A stretch of 64,000 bases of DNA. Origin: Planctomycetota bacterium. Its GTDB lineage: Bacteria > Planctomycetota > UBA8108 > SXIK01. Made by a program: the position numbers and the translations under genes. How positions within the stretch are numbered: the stretch's first letter is position 1; every line of letters begins with the position of its first letter. The DNA lies in assembly GCA_965223265.1 (NCBI GenBank), contig OZ244999.1, positions 4,992,001-5,056,000 of the forward strand, in the 5' to 3' direction. Positions 29,901 to 38,880 of the stretch are shown in pieces. The notes under the pieces are model-generated. The model was given only the letters and a program-made list of their open reading frames with translations, made no database searches and had not been told where the DNA came from.

Positions 29901-30137
29901 GCGCAAAAAGTAGACGTCGGCGACGGTCAGGTCGTCGACTGATCCCGCAGCGCCGTCAGAGTCGCGGAGGAGGGCACGCGCCTGATTCACATAGTCGAGG
30001 CGACGCGGATCGAGGCCTCGATCCCGCCAACACACCTCCACCTCCCAATAACCGGTGGCGTGAGAATCTTCACGTCCAGCTTCGGAAGAGCTCTCCGCCG
30101 TCGGATTCGCGAACTCACGTTCGTTCATGAACGTCAT
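27000..30137 (-). CDS. purL: FGAM synthase subunit PurL with an N-terminal PurS-like region
   Basis: WSEHCCHK, KVETHNHPS, GRDGIHGATFSS, SEAQERM, QYDHEV, GKDSL and HDLSEGG. Confidence 0.97.
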   Translation of the reverse strand: MTFMNEREFANPTAESSSEAGREDSHATGYWEVEVCWRDRGLDPRRLDYVNQARALLRDSDGAAGSVDDLTVADVYFLRGSALSLECCERIASHLLCDTVVQEVRIFSPVKPRAASLEPGGGVATVLARPGVMDPAEESLLKGFRDLGVDGVSARTAVRFFVAGQLDAAAQRLIADKVFANPVIQEVHWDGSAASCVRPFQGGKRYEFVRRSVKLGGLTDAELEALSRTAGLALSLVEMVAIRDHYGALGRDPSDVELETIAQTWSEHCCHKTLTGRIEHVVPGRPNISIDNLLKQTIVRATREIDAPWCLSVFKDNAGVIAFDDDYGVSFKVETHNHPSAIEPYGGAGTGIGGVLRDTLGTGLGAKPILNTDVFCFGPPDLARSEVPPGALHPLRVLRGVVAGVRDYGNRMGIPTASGAVYFDRRYVGNPLVFCGSVGLIPRDAIDKEARPGDRIYVLGGRTGRDGIHGATFSSIELTEESEMSSSGAVQIGNAITEKKVLDVLLKARDARLYRCVTDCGAGGLSSAVGEMGEAIGASVELAKVPLKYEGLSYWEIWISEAQERMVLAVAPEDAERLEALAASEDVECTDIGSFTGDSRLHLSYDGQPVCDLSMEFLHGGRPNEVRASRWQSRPASSATLAQWQRDRRIPPEEVGVVLHQLIASPNIASKEWIIRQYDHEVQGGSVLKPLQGVREDGPGDGIAVTPRLGSKRGIVVGCGMNPCYGDLDPYAMAASAVDEALRNVVAAGGDPERTALLDNFCWGNTERPETLGSLVEAARGCSDAAIAFGTPFISGKDSLNNEFRVGDDTIQIPPTLLISALSIVPDVSGLISMDLKSPGSRVLLIGTTYAELGGSHFCRAALEASRDSLSHAPGPAAAAPDQVHLAVPQVRLDLAKRVHAVAHALTTSGLALSCHDLSEGGLGVAAAEMAFAGEVGLRIDLANVSSEGCVDDAELLWSESNSRYLVEVRAEDLEQALALAAEAPVAVVGETSESRRFVVTGRGGRTIVDEALEALRASWKRGLRLDVDAEVNGAAQGDAPHPER

Positions 30138-30702
30138 CCATATCCATGTAAGTCAACAACACTCGCTGTGAAGTGAAGTGCGACGCCGAAACGAGTGCGA
30201 CGCGAGGCTTCAGCAAAATCAAAAAGGATTCAAGACTGTCGTCGAGCGATCAGTGCAGCAGAGAGGCCCCCTCGAGGAGCACGCCGTGAGTCCAGACGCT
30301 TGTGCTGAGAACGCCGCGCCCCGGCGAGCACCCACTCAGTTCGCCTTCAAGATGCCGCGCACGAACCCAAAAAACCAATTCGGAAGTCGCCACGACTCAT
30401 AAGCAAGACTTATAACAGAAACTTGAGCTGGCGGTCTTCGCCGCGGCAGTTTACACCGCTTCTTGCTTGAATTTATCGCCCCGGCCTCCCATAAATGAAG
30501 TCGATCCGCTCCGACTCCCAGGCCGTCAGAAGCGGCAAGCTCCGTGCGCGATCACGTGGCTCGGGCTTGGTAGGGAGCTGTTTGTGGCCCGAGCGCCGTG
30601 AGCGGTGACGCGCCTCGACGACGGCAAGTCGTCTCGTCTTGAGAGGTGCAAGACGCACCGGGCGCGAGCAAAGAGGTGGAAGCAACGAGGTTGAAAGGCA
30701 GC

Positions 30703-31713
30703 ATGGCAACGCCCGCATACCGCGAAGGCCTTGAATTCGAGATGCCGATCCTCGAGCTCGAGGAGAAGATCGAAGAGCTGAAGCACTTCTCTCAGTCGAC
30801 GCAAGTCGACCTCTCCGACCAGATCCGCGAGCTTGAGCAGCGCTGCAACGAACGCAAACGGGCGATTTTCTCGAAGTTGACGCCGTGGCAAAAAGTGCTC
30901 ACGGCCCGCCATCCCAAGCGCCCCCTGACGAGCGATTACCTGCCTCTTCTCATCGACGATTTCGTCGAGCTGTTCGGGGACCGCGCCTTCCGCGACGACC
31001 CGGCCATCGTTTCCGGCTTCGGTCGTCTCAACGGCCGCCGCGTGTGCGTCATCGGCCAGCGCAAAGGGAAGTCAACGGCGGATAAGCTCGCCTGTAACTT
31101 CGGTTGTCCACACCCCGAGGGCTATCGCAAAGCCCTCCACAAGATGAAGTTGGCAGAGAAATTCGATCTACCAATTGTCACCTTCATCAACACTCCCGGT
31201 GCCTATCCTGGAGTCGGCGCCGAGGAACGCGGCCAGGCGTTCGTCATTGCGAAGAACCTCATGGAGATGGCCCGCCTGCGGGTGCCGGTCATCTCCGTCG
31301 TGATCGGCGAAGGCGGCAGCGGTGGCGCCCTTGGAATCGGCGTCGCAAACCGACTCCTGATGCTCGAACACAGCTACTACTCGGTGATCTCCCCCGAAGG
31401 CTGCGCTGCGATTCTTTGGAAGAGCTCCGACTTCAAGGAGAAGGCTGCGGAGATCCTCAAGCTGACAGCGCAGAACCTGCTGGAGTTCGGTATCGTCGAC
31501 GAGGTCGTGCCGGAACCGCTCGGCGGCGCGCACCGCGACCACAACGCCATGGCGCGGACGCTGAAGCAGGCGATCTCGACGCACCTCGAGGAGCTGGCAA
31601 AGCTGCCTGGCGAGGAGCTGATCTCGCAGCGCTATCGCAAGCTCAAAGGCATCGGAGTCTTCGTGGACGAGTCAAAGGCGTCCTCCGACGCCGCGGTGCG
31701 CTCGGCAGTTTAA
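30703..31713 (+). CDS. accA: Acetyl-CoA carboxylase carboxyltransferase alpha subunit
   Basis: ARHPKRP, PEGYRKA, GAYPGVGAEERGQ, GEGGSGGALG and SVISPEGCA. Confidence 0.97.
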   Translation: MATPAYREGLEFEMPILELEEKIEELKHFSQSTQVDLSDQIRELEQRCNERKRAIFSKLTPWQKVLTARHPKRPLTSDYLPLLIDDFVELFGDRAFRDDPAIVSGFGRLNGRRVCVIGQRKGKSTADKLACNFGCPHPEGYRKALHKMKLAEKFDLPIVTFINTPGAYPGVGAEERGQAFVIAKNLMEMARLRVPVISVVIGEGGSGGALGIGVANRLLMLEHSYYSVISPEGCAAILWKSSDFKEKAAEILKLTAQNLLEFGIVDEVVPEPLGGAHRDHNAMARTLKQAISTHLEELAKLPGEELISQRYRKLKGIGVFVDESKASSDAAVRSAV

Positions 31714-32108
31714 CAGCCTGTTAACCCGAATTGTCGCCGAACACCCCGTTTGGCGGTGGGCCCCGGGATCTCTGCCCCCCGCGGGGACGATCGGGGCCGC
31801 ACTCGTCGTCTTTCGAGAGCAGCCCGGGGAGCCGGTCGCCGCGAGCATTTCCACAGCGGAAATCCCCTTTCTCTCCACAGAGCCGCCGCTAAAATGGACT
31901 GTTTCCGATGACGCCGCTGTCGCCGAGGAGAGCTTCAGGCATGGTTAGGGTATGCCCCCACCCTGCTCCCCGCGTCAGTAGTTCAGCAGAACCGTCTCAA
32001 ACAAAGCCGTCCCGGAGGACGTCTTGGCAGCGTACGACGCCCCGCGAGGCCTCTGCCTGAACTGAGGGCGAGAATCATCCAAACCACGGTTGTCGAAGAA
32101 GAGAGGTC

Positions 32109-33995
32109 GTGATGGAACTTCCGCACGGTTTTCGCAGGTACCGTTTTTCTGGGCTGGGCATTCGCAAGGTGAATTTTAGAGGCTCGAACCGCTGCAGCCG
32201 ATCGGCGGTTGTCTCTCGGCTGGCCAGCGCATGCGTCAGTGCGGTCCTCCTGTTCGCGATTCCGCTCACCGTCTCCTCGTGTGGCGGTGGGGAAGCTGAA
32301 GAAGCTCCGAAGGCTCAAAAGGCCGAGAAAAAGCGCGCCGACAACTATCGCGCGGCCGCCAAGCTCCGCAAAGAATTGAGGAAGCTCGGTGCCTCAAAGT
32401 TGGTGGCGAACGATTGGAAGCGCTTTGAGCGATCGTACAACGCCGGCAAGAAGGCGAACAAGGCAGGCGACTACGCCGAGGCCGAGGACAAGTTCGACTC
32501 CGCGATCAGTCGCGGCAAGAAGCTGAAGAAGTCTCTTGCGGTGGTGAAGGAGCTGAAGGAAGAAGTCGGCGAGGTCCGTAACGCAGCCTACACCGCCAAG
32601 ACGGCGGCCGATGCTGCCGAGGCGGCAACCTTCGCCAAGGCGCAGTATGACGAAGCCCGGGCCATCCTCGCGGACGCTGAAAAAGCGTACAAGAAGGGCT
32701 CAGTCGAGGCACTGGAGGAAGCGCAAGACCTTTTCAGCCGCGCAGAAAACGTTCTCGCAAGCGCTCAGCAGGCAGCGAAGGAGGGCAAGGAGACCCTCGC
32801 TGAAGTGAAAGAAGCGGCTGAAGAGTGCGCCGACGCTAAAAAGAAAGCAGTAGAGGCCGGCGCTGAGGAGCACGCCGCCGCCGACTGGGACGACGCCGTG
32901 CAGCGCGAATCCGAGGCGGTTGAGGCGCAGGAAAAAAACGACTACCAGACGGCGCTCGCGAGCTACAACTTCGCAACGCAGCGATTCTCCGCCGCGGTTT
33001 CGACGGCGACATACACCAAGGAGAACAAAGATAGACAAAAACAGATCGACGAGCAGGCGTCGGCGTCGGTGCAGCCACGTGCGCCGGCGCCTCGCACGCA
33101 GGTCAAGCAATGGGGCGTGCCGGTCGTCGAGAATGAGGCGCAGACGAAGTTAGACCAGTACGCCACCGAAATCCAGGCGACGCGCTACGTGCAGGATATA
33201 GATCCCGAAGACGAGGCCTATCTGCGAGCAAACTACAAGAAGCTCAACCCACTCTTGGAGTACGATCCGGAGACGGGTGCGGCGTATCTCGACCTACGCA
33301 GCGGCGCACAGCTTTTGCGTGCGGTCCACGGCAGTAGGGCGGTCAAGATCCTGCGCAGCAAGGAATACCTGCAGTTCCAAGACAAGTTCAACGCGGTCCC
33401 CGGCGACGACCCGAACAGCGCGCCGTTCAGCTTCTGGGCCAATTCGGAAGGCGCGTTCTACATTGAAGTGCCCTTCAAGTACCACGTCAAAGTGACCTGG
33501 AACATGGCCATCCAGACGATGGACCAGAGCAACGACTTCAAGTGCATCTTCATGTTCGACAAGGACAAGAGGAGCTACTACGGCACGAAGTGGACCGCAC
33601 TCGGCTTCGGTGGGGGCCGTGGGGCGTTCAGGACGACAAAACGCAGCCCAAACCCAGAGCACCACGGTAATGCGAATCTGTGGTTCCTGAAAACGCGCGA
33701 CATCCCGATGGTCGTTTCCTTCGAGATGCCAGGCGAGGAAGTCGAAAGCGACGACATGGAGGAGCTCACAGGCAGCGCCAAGCTCACCTGCATCTATGAT
33801 GCTGACGACGGCATCGACGAAGTGAAGACGGAGTGGTTGAGCGACAGACCGCTCAAGGCAGGCGGCTGGGTGGGCTTTACTTGGAACCGCGTCAAGTTTC
33901 AGGTCAAAAAGCTCCAGATCTATGGCATCCTCGACAAAGAGAAGGCGGTGGCTCAGCTGCGGAGCGCGGAAAAGAGGAAAAAGAAGCGCCGCTGA
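32109..33995 (+). CDS. Hypothetical lipoprotein with Ala/Lys/Glu-rich helical repeats and a C-terminal beta-rich domain
   Basis: Long ORF with coding-like bias, lipobox-like TVSSC and a coiled-coil N-half. The true start is probably downstream of 32109. Confidence 0.7.
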   Translation: MMELPHGFRRYRFSGLGIRKVNFRGSNRCSRSAVVSRLASACVSAVLLFAIPLTVSSCGGGEAEEAPKAQKAEKKRADNYRAAAKLRKELRKLGASKLVANDWKRFERSYNAGKKANKAGDYAEAEDKFDSAISRGKKLKKSLAVVKELKEEVGEVRNAAYTAKTAADAAEAATFAKAQYDEARAILADAEKAYKKGSVEALEEAQDLFSRAENVLASAQQAAKEGKETLAEVKEAAEECADAKKKAVEAGAEEHAAADWDDAVQRESEAVEAQEKNDYQTALASYNFATQRFSAAVSTATYTKENKDRQKQIDEQASASVQPRAPAPRTQVKQWGVPVVENEAQTKLDQYATEIQATRYVQDIDPEDEAYLRANYKKLNPLLEYDPETGAAYLDLRSGAQLLRAVHGSRAVKILRSKEYLQFQDKFNAVPGDDPNSAPFSFWANSEGAFYIEVPFKYHVKVTWNMAIQTMDQSNDFKCIFMFDKDKRSYYGTKWTALGFGGGRGAFRTTKRSPNPEHHGNANLWFLKTRDIPMVVSFEMPGEEVESDDMEELTGSAKLTCIYDADDGIDEVKTEWLSDRPLKAGGWVGFTWNRVKFQVKKLQIYGILDKEKAVAQLRSAEKRKKKRR

Positions 33996-34249
33996 GCGCG
34001 ACTCGAACCCAGCCTGAGTCGGGCTCAGCTCCGATAGCCGAGCCAAGCGACAAAAACTCATCAAAGGCGCAGCTCCGACGACGTATTCTATGCGTTGTCA
34101 GGGCTGCGCCTTTTCGGTATGGTTTGGGCATTCGCACAAGCAATGGGGGTGCGGGAGGCGATTTGATGCAAGGGAACGGCTAGGACGGCTGTTCGCCGCA
34201 CTCGCCAGTTGAAACGAGGAGCCAATGGCCGGAAGAGACGGGCGCGCGC

Positions 34250-35389
34250 ATGAAGAAGACTCCGCTCCTCGCTGAGCACGAGCGTCTCGGAGCCACGCTC
34301 ATCGATTTTCACGGCTGGGAGATGCCCGTGCGCTACGGCAACATCCCCGCGGAGCACGCGCAGGTGCGGCAGCGCTCGGGTCTCTTCGATCTGTGCCACA
34401 TGGGACGCCTTGAGCTCCACGGCCCTGACGCGGCGACGTGGCTCGACCGCGTTCTCAGCTCCGAAGTCGCGTCAATGGACGTCGGCGAGGCGCGCTACGG
34501 ATTGATCCTCAATCCGCAGGGGACGATCATCGACGATGCCATCGCCTACCGACTCGACGACCGGCTGCTGCTCGTCGTCAATGCGTCCAACCTGGCGCGC
34601 GTCGCGGCCTGGATCGCCGAGCATAAGGCCGCCAGCAACGCGACTCTCATCGATCGCAGCGACGAGCTGGCGATGATCGCAGTCCAGGGTCCCGAGTCGG
34701 TGCAGGTACTGCCGCGCGTGGTCGACCGACTCGCGGCGGACTGGTCGGCACTCAGCTACTACTCGATTGCGCCAGCGACCGTCTGCGGCGGGGACGCCTG
34801 GATCGCGCGCACCGGCTACACGGGCGAGGATGGATTCGAGGTCTATCTCGCCGCGGAGAGCGCCGCAGAGTTCTGGCGGCGCCTTCTCGAGGCCGGCGGT
34901 GACGCCATCGCGCCGATCGGTCTTGGAGCGCGCGACACGCTGCGTCTCGAAGCCGCCATGCCGCTCTACGGAAACGACATCGACGAGACGACGGACCCAT
35001 ATGAGGCCGGCCTCGGCTTCGCCGTGCGTCTCGGCAAGAAGCCGGGATTCGTCGGCCAAGAGGCGCTCTCGGCCAAGCGCGCCAGCGGCGCACCGAAGCG
35101 GCGCCTCCGTGGCTTCCGCGTCTTGAGTCGGCGCGCCGCGCGCCAAGGTATGCAGATCTTCGCTGCAGAGGCGGGCGCCGCAGCGGCGGCTGGCAACGCC
35201 CCGCCGGTCGGCGAAATCACCAGCGGCGCCCCGTCGCCGACACTCGGCTTTCCGATCGCCCTCGGCTATCTCTCGACGACCGTCGAGCTGTCCGCGCCGC
35301 TCTGCGTCGATGTCCGCGGCCGGCGCGAGGCGCTCGAGGTCACGCCGCGTCCGTTCTACTCGCAAGTCCGAAAGAAAAAGAGTCTGTAG
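34250..35389 (+). CDS. gcvT: Glycine cleavage system aminomethyltransferase T
   Basis: KTPL, GWEMPVRY, GLFDLCHMG, RTGYTGEDGFE and GLGARDTLRLEA. Confidence 0.97.
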   Translation: MKKTPLLAEHERLGATLIDFHGWEMPVRYGNIPAEHAQVRQRSGLFDLCHMGRLELHGPDAATWLDRVLSSEVASMDVGEARYGLILNPQGTIIDDAIAYRLDDRLLLVVNASNLARVAAWIAEHKAASNATLIDRSDELAMIAVQGPESVQVLPRVVDRLAADWSALSYYSIAPATVCGGDAWIARTGYTGEDGFEVYLAAESAAEFWRRLLEAGGDAIAPIGLGARDTLRLEAAMPLYGNDIDETTDPYEAGLGFAVRLGKKPGFVGQEALSAKRASGAPKRRLRGFRVLSRRAARQGMQIFAAEAGAAAAAGNAPPVGEITSGAPSPTLGFPIALGYLSTTVELSAPLCVDVRGRREALEVTPRPFYSQVRKKKSL

Positions 35390-35407
35390 GAGGGAGAGCA
35401 ACACGTC

Positions 35408-35800
35408 ATGGCACGGCCGGAAGGATTGCGATATACGAAGACTCATGAATGGGTGAAGCTCGAGGACGATGTCGCCACGGTCGGTATCACGGACTACGCG
35501 GTCGATCAGCTTGGGGATCTCACCTTCATCGACCTGCCCGAACCCGGTGGCAAGCTGCAAGCAGGCGACACTTTTGGGGAGGTTGAGTCGACCAAGACCG
35601 TCAGCGATCTTTATCTCCCGCTCAGCGGCGAGATCGTTGAAGTCAACAGCGCCATCGCGGACAACCTTGAAGAACTCAGCGGCTCGCCATTCGACGCTGG
35701 CTGGCTCATTCGCATCCGCGTCGATGACGCCTCTCACTTCGGCTCCCTCATGGACGCCGATGCCTACGCCGAACACATCGTCGCGGAGGAGGCGCACTGA
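35408..35800 (+). CDS. gcvH: Glycine cleavage system H protein
   Basis: YTKTHEW, VGITDYA and lipoyl site VESTKTVS. Confidence 0.97.
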   Translation: MARPEGLRYTKTHEWVKLEDDVATVGITDYAVDQLGDLTFIDLPEPGGKLQAGDTFGEVESTKTVSDLYLPLSGEIVEVNSAIADNLEELSGSPFDAGWLIRIRVDDASHFGSLMDADAYAEHIVAEEAH

Positions 35801-35948
35801 GCCCACGGGCTATGGGGCGGAAGGAGCGAAACCGAAGGCGCGCGAGACATTCGAGCTGTGGGCAGAGACGGAGAAGTCTCCGTGTCGATGACGTCGCGTG
35901 AACGACCTGCCTGAACAACCGTCATGAACGACTTCGTGAGCGACTTTC

Positions 35949-37370
35949 ATGAGCTACGTACCGCATACGGAATCTGAAACCAAGGCCATGTTGGCGGCCA
36001 TCGGAGTCGAGTCGCTCACCGACCTTTTCACCTCGATCCCCGAGTCGCTGCGACTCAGCCGCCCCCTCGACATTCCGGCGCGGCGCACAGAGGCGGAAGT
36101 TCTCCGCGAACTCGGCGAGCTGGCAGCGCGCAACCGTGACGTCGGTGAACGACCATCGTTTTTGGGGGCGGGCTGTTATCGCCGCTTCATACCGGCCGCC
36201 GTCGACTATCTCGCCAGCCGCGGCGAGTTCAACACGGCATACACTCCGTACCAACCGGAGGTGAGCCAAGGCACACTGCAGGCGATCTTCGAGTATCAAT
36301 CGATGATCTGCCGCCTGACGGCGATGGAGATCTCGAATGCCTCGATGTACGAAGGCGCTACGGCGCTCGCTGAGGCGGTACTGATGTCATACGCTCTCAA
36401 GCGCAAGGGGCGCCGCGTTCTCGTCTCGGAGGCGCTGCATCCCGACTACCGCGGCGTGCTCGAGACGTATCTGCGCAGCCATCCGATCGAGCTCGAGACG
36501 ATACCGCTCGACAGCGGCAAAACCTCGCCGTCAGAACTGGCGCGCCAACTCGATGGCGATATCCTCGCCGTGGTTGTGCAGAATCCCAATTTCTTCGGCA
36601 CCATCGAACCAACCGAGGAGATCGCCGCGGCGCTCGGCGCGAAGGGGTCGAACGCGCGCCCAATCTTCATCGCGGTCGTCGACCCTATTTCGCTGGCGCT
36701 TCTCAAACCCCCTGGAGCCTACGGCGCAGACATCGCTGTCGGCGAAGGGCAGCAGCTTGGTAACTATCCATCGTACGGCGGTCCGAGCTTCGGCTTCTTC
36801 GCAACACGCCAGTCGCATGTGCGCAAGGTGCCTGGGCGCATCGTCGGCGAGACTAAAGATCGCAGCGGCAAGCGCGGCTACGTGCTCACCTTTCAGACGC
36901 GCGAGCAGCACATTCGACGCGAAAAGGCGACCAGCAACATCTGCACGAACCAAGGCCTCTGTTGCCTGCGCGGGGCGATGTACTTAGCGATCATGGGCGC
37001 GGCGGGTCTGCGGGAGGTGGCGTCGAGCTCGACGCGTAAAGCGCACTACGCGCTCGAGCGGCTCTGCCGCATCGGCGGTGTCTCGCAAACGTTCGCGGGA
37101 GCCCCATTTCTCAACGAATTCGCGCTGCGGTTGCCGATCCCTGCTGAGGCGGCGTATGCGGGTCTGGCGGAGCATCACATCGGCGGCGGCTTGCCCCTAA
37201 GCCGCTACTTTCCGGAGAAAACGCACGACATGCTGATCGCCCTCACGGAACTCAACACCGTGGCAGAGATTGAACAGCTGGCAGTGGGGCTCGAAAAGAC
37301 GATTCAAAACGTCGGCAGACAAACAGAATCGCCTCAGAGCGAAAAAGACACGGCGGAATCGACTGCGTAA
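35949..37370 (+). CDS. gcvPA: Glycine dehydrogenase subunit 1
   Basis: TAYTPYQPEVSQG, NASMYEG and TREQHIRREKATSNICTNQ. Confidence 0.97.
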   Translation: MSYVPHTESETKAMLAAIGVESLTDLFTSIPESLRLSRPLDIPARRTEAEVLRELGELAARNRDVGERPSFLGAGCYRRFIPAAVDYLASRGEFNTAYTPYQPEVSQGTLQAIFEYQSMICRLTAMEISNASMYEGATALAEAVLMSYALKRKGRRVLVSEALHPDYRGVLETYLRSHPIELETIPLDSGKTSPSELARQLDGDILAVVVQNPNFFGTIEPTEEIAAALGAKGSNARPIFIAVVDPISLALLKPPGAYGADIAVGEGQQLGNYPSYGGPSFGFFATRQSHVRKVPGRIVGETKDRSGKRGYVLTFQTREQHIRREKATSNICTNQGLCCLRGAMYLAIMGAAGLREVASSSTRKAHYALERLCRIGGVSQTFAGAPFLNEFALRLPIPAEAAYAGLAEHHIGGGLPLSRYFPEKTHDMLIALTELNTVAEIEQLAVGLEKTIQNVGRQTESPQSEKDTAESTA

Positions 37371-37398
37371 CGTACAACACCACAAGAGTAGGCTCCCC

Positions 37399-38880
37399 AT
37401 GGCGATCGAAACGCTACCGACCATCTTCGAGCTCAGTCGCAGCGGACGACGAGGCCCAGCGCCGCCGCCTGCCGAAGCGGAGCTACCTGAGCTGAATGAG
37501 TGCATCGAGTCACAACACCTTCGGGACGACCCAACCGAACTGCCAGAAGTCGGTGAGCTCGACGGCGTCAGGCATTACACACGCCTGTCATCGCTGAACT
37601 ACTCGATCGACAACGTCTTCTACCCGCTCGGCTCCTGCACCATGAAGTACAACCCCAGACTCAATGAAGTCGCTGCATCGGCGACGGGGTTCCTTCTCGG
37701 GCACCCGCTGGCGCGACCGGAGGATTGCCAAGGCTTCTTGGAACTTTGCTGCCGTTTGCAGGAGTTCCTTGCGGAAGTGAGTGGCCTGCCGCATGTCAGT
37801 CTACAACCAGCTGCTGGCGCACACGGCGAACTGACGGCGCTCATGATCATGAAGTCATACTTCGCCGACCTCGGCGAGGCGGAGCGCGACGTGATCCTGA
37901 TCCCCGACAGCGCCCACGGCACCAACCCCTCCAGCTGCACGCTCGCCGGGTTCAGGACGCGCGAAGTGGCGTCAGGCCCCGACGGCACAGTCGACATGGA
38001 AGACTTTCGCTCGAAGCTCGACGCCAGCGTCGCGGGCCTCATGATCACGAACCCGAACACGGTCGGCATCTTCGAGCGCAATATCGACACGATCTGTGAG
38101 CTCCTCCATGAGGCGGGTGCGCTCGTTTACATGGACGGCGCCAACATGAACGCGATCTTAGGCATCACGCGGCCTGGAGACTTCGGCATCGATGTCATGC
38201 ACTTCAACCTCCACAAGACGTTTTCAACCCCACACGGCGGCGGCGGCCCGGGCTCCGGCCCCATCGCGGTCGACGAAAAGCTCGCGCCCTACCTCCCGCT
38301 GCCGCGCGTCCAGCGCGGCAGCGATGGCACATTTGAGGCGGTGACCGACGGGCCGAAGTCGATTGGGCGCGTGCGGTCATTCTGGGGCAATAGCGGCATT
38401 TTGGTGCGGGCGCTGGCCTACGCGATGGCCCACGGCCCGGCAGAGCTGCGGCGCATCAGCGAATACGCTGTACTCAACGCCAACTACATTCGCGCACAAC
38501 TTACGGATGCCTTTCATCTGCCTTTTCAGACCCCAAGCATGCATGAAGTGGTCTTCACTGCGAAGCGTCAGAAGCAAAGCGGTATCCGCGCTCTCGACGT
38601 CGCCAAACGTCTCATCGATCTGGGGTTCCACCCGCCGACCATCTACTTTCCTCTCATCGTCTCCGAAGCGCTCATGATTGAGCCGACCGAGACCGAATCA
38701 AAAGAGACGCTGGATGCGTTCGTCGCCGCGATGTTGCAGGTGGCGCGCGAAGCGGAGGAAAGCCCTGACATTCTGCGCGAAGCGCCGGTCACGCAACCGG
38801 TGCGGCGCCTCGACGAGGTCAACGCGGTCAAACAGCCAGTTCTCGTCTGTCCATGCGACGACGAAGAGAGCGCCGACTAG
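37399..38880 (+). CDS. gcvPB: Glycine dehydrogenase subunit 2
   Basis: YPLGSCTMKYNP, AHGTNP, NLHKTFSTPHGGGGPG and MIEPTETE. Confidence 0.97.
   Translation: MAIETLPTIFELSRSGRRGPAPPPAEAELPELNECIESQHLRDDPTELPEVGELDGVRHYTRLSSLNYSIDNVFYPLGSCTMKYNPRLNEVAASATGFLLGHPLARPEDCQGFLELCCRLQEFLAEVSGLPHVSLQPAAGAHGELTALMIMKSYFADLGEAERDVILIPDSAHGTNPSSCTLAGFRTREVASGPDGTVDMEDFRSKLDASVAGLMITNPNTVGIFERNIDTICELLHEAGALVYMDGANMNAILGITRPGDFGIDVMHFNLHKTFSTPHGGGGPGSGPIAVDEKLAPYLPLPRVQRGSDGTFEAVTDGPKSIGRVRSFWGNSGILVRALAYAMAHGPAELRRISEYAVLNANYIRAQLTDAFHLPFQTPSMHEVVFTAKRQKQSGIRALDVAKRLIDLGFHPPTIYFPLIVSEALMIEPTETESKETLDAFVAAMLQVAREAEESPDILREAPVTQPVRRLDEVNAVKQPVLVCPCDDEESAD

Noticed and set aside
30140-30640. ZTP or purine riboswitch upstream of purL
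   Set aside because: Only short inverted repeats are present; the conserved aptamer motifs were not found by eye. An Rfam scan would settle it.
31850-31885. DnaA-box-like TCCACAG pair
   Set aside because: Poor match to TTATCCACA, only two copies, and no AT-rich unwinding region or dnaA context.
33990-34065. tRNA-like GGTTCGAGTC on the minus strand, or a glycine riboswitch before gcvT
   Set aside because: The T-stem does not pair, there is no cloverleaf, and no glycine aptamer consensus is recognisable.
34472-35806. Long antisense ORFs (also 44063-45580 and 56533-57747)
   Set aside because: Shadow ORFs opposite well-supported genes, as expected in high-GC DNA.
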